DNA of 64,000 bases from a virus. Position 1 is the first letter of the stretch, and each line of letters opens with the position of its first letter. Location: the IMG/VR virus record IMGVR_UViG_3300025030_000006; one strand, 5' to 3'. Under the pieces are notes generated by a model. The model was not told where the DNA came from, made no database searches, and worked only from the letters and a program-made list of their open reading frames with translations. The position numbers and the translations under genes were made by a program. Below, one piece after another: positions 63,574 through 64,000 of this stretch.

Positions 63574-64000
63574 ATGTGGTCCAAGAAACGTGGTAGATGC
63601 AAAGGGTGCCGTTCTATTCGTTACCGTCATCAAGCAAAGGGATTATGCACAAAATGTTATTTAGAAAAATATCGTAATAACCCACAAAACAAAGAAAAAA
63701 GCAAGAAACACAAAAGTGAATGGCTTAAAAAACAACCAAAAGAATATGGCAAAATGCGTAGAGAACAACTACATTTTGGTGGTAAAAGAGAATTAGCTTT
63801 AGAAAGAGATAATTATACTTGTCAAAAATGTGGGGAAAAAGATATTCCTAAATTAACTGTGCATCATATTGATGGTAATGGTAGAAAGCATAAAACACCA
63901 AACAATAAACTTAGTAATTTGCAAACTTTATGCAGAACATGTCACATTAAAATCCACAAGTATGATTTAGTAAAAGGAAGAAGAACAATAAAAAGTGGAT
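63574..64000 (+). CDS. HNH homing endonuclease (intron-encoded), C-terminus off window
   Basis: GGGAG SD. MWSKKRGRCKGCRS...CTKCY...; CQKCGEKDIPKLTVHHIDGN....N.LSNLQTLCRTCHIKIH. Open to the window edge. Confidence 0.8.
   Translation, partial: MWSKKRGRCKGCRSIRYRHQAKGLCTKCYLEKYRNNPQNKEKSKKHKSEWLKKQPKEYGKMRREQLHFGGKRELALERDNYTCQKCGEKDIPKLTVHHIDGNGRKHKTPNNKLSNLQTLCRTCHIKIHKYDLVKGRRTIKSG

Larger units (their letters stand above)
63264..64000 (+). mobile_element. group I intron (IA2-like), 5' portion, carrying an HNH homing endonuclease ORF
   Basis: P1 UACUGGAU(exon)/GUUCAGUA(63280-63287) with U.G at the splice site. P AATTGCTGGAAA 63299-63310. Q AATCAGCAGCC 63386-63396. R GTTCAGAGACTA 63419-63430. 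P5 CCAATTGA/TCAATTGG. P7.1/P7.2-like hairpins TCCC-GTAA-GGGA and GGATTC-AAGT-GAATCC. Confidence 0.85.

Noticed and set aside
1-64000. Lysogeny module, DGR, retron, toxin-antitoxin or known defence/anti-defence cassettes
   Set aside because: No integrase, recombinase, reverse transcriptase, CI/Cro-like pair or other diagnostic motif was recognised in any listed ORF. Absence cannot be proven without profile searches.

Overview
AT-rich tailed-phage genome segment (about 30-40% GC by hand counts of sample lines) with long-tailed siphovirus-like gene order, strong AGGAG-type Shine-Dalgarno sites and TTGACA/TAnnnT promoters. No integrase, CRISPR array or reverse transcriptase was seen. Layout: (a) 1-26152, minus-strand morphogenesis module: terS, terL (intein-containing), three accessory ORFs including a 1494-aa signal-peptide-bearing beta-helix tailspike-like protein, portal-MuF fusion, protease-scaffold, HK97-type capsid, decoration candidate, connector/neck genes, major tail, HEG-like insert, G/GT chaperone with a -1 frameshift, 1665-aa tape measure, distal tail genes. 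(b) 26239-37996, plus-strand operons including an Hc1-type histone-like protein and a glycosyltransferase/methyltransferase island. (c) 38099-43984, minus-strand block: lysis-like cassette, HNH gene, many miniproteins. (d) 44526-64000, plus-strand early/replication block: about 50 small ORFs, tRNA-Leu(UAA), a split UDG-exonuclease / family-A DNA polymerase, and an AAA+ ATPase. Most notable observations: (1) an HNH gene has an in-frame UGA exactly at a conserved zinc-ligand Cys, followed by a hairpin matching E. coli fdhF SECIS geometry. It is either a candidate phage selenoprotein/readthrough or a pseudogene. (2) A ~3.8-kb GC-rich island is fused in frame into the AT-rich tailspike-like gene. 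(3) Selfish elements sit in catalytic motifs: a LAGLIDADG intein in the TerL Walker A loop and an IA2-like group I intron with an HNH ORF at the AAA+ Walker B. (4) One protein contains 49 consecutive Cys-x-x triplets, encoded by a perfect 9-bp array and bracketed by ~45-bp direct repeats. (5) A GT2-GT9 fusion sits with two SAM methyltransferases. A lipoprotein in the lysis-like cassette and the GT9 domain hint at a diderm low-GC host (inference only). All functional calls come from motif recognition by eye; no database search was possible.
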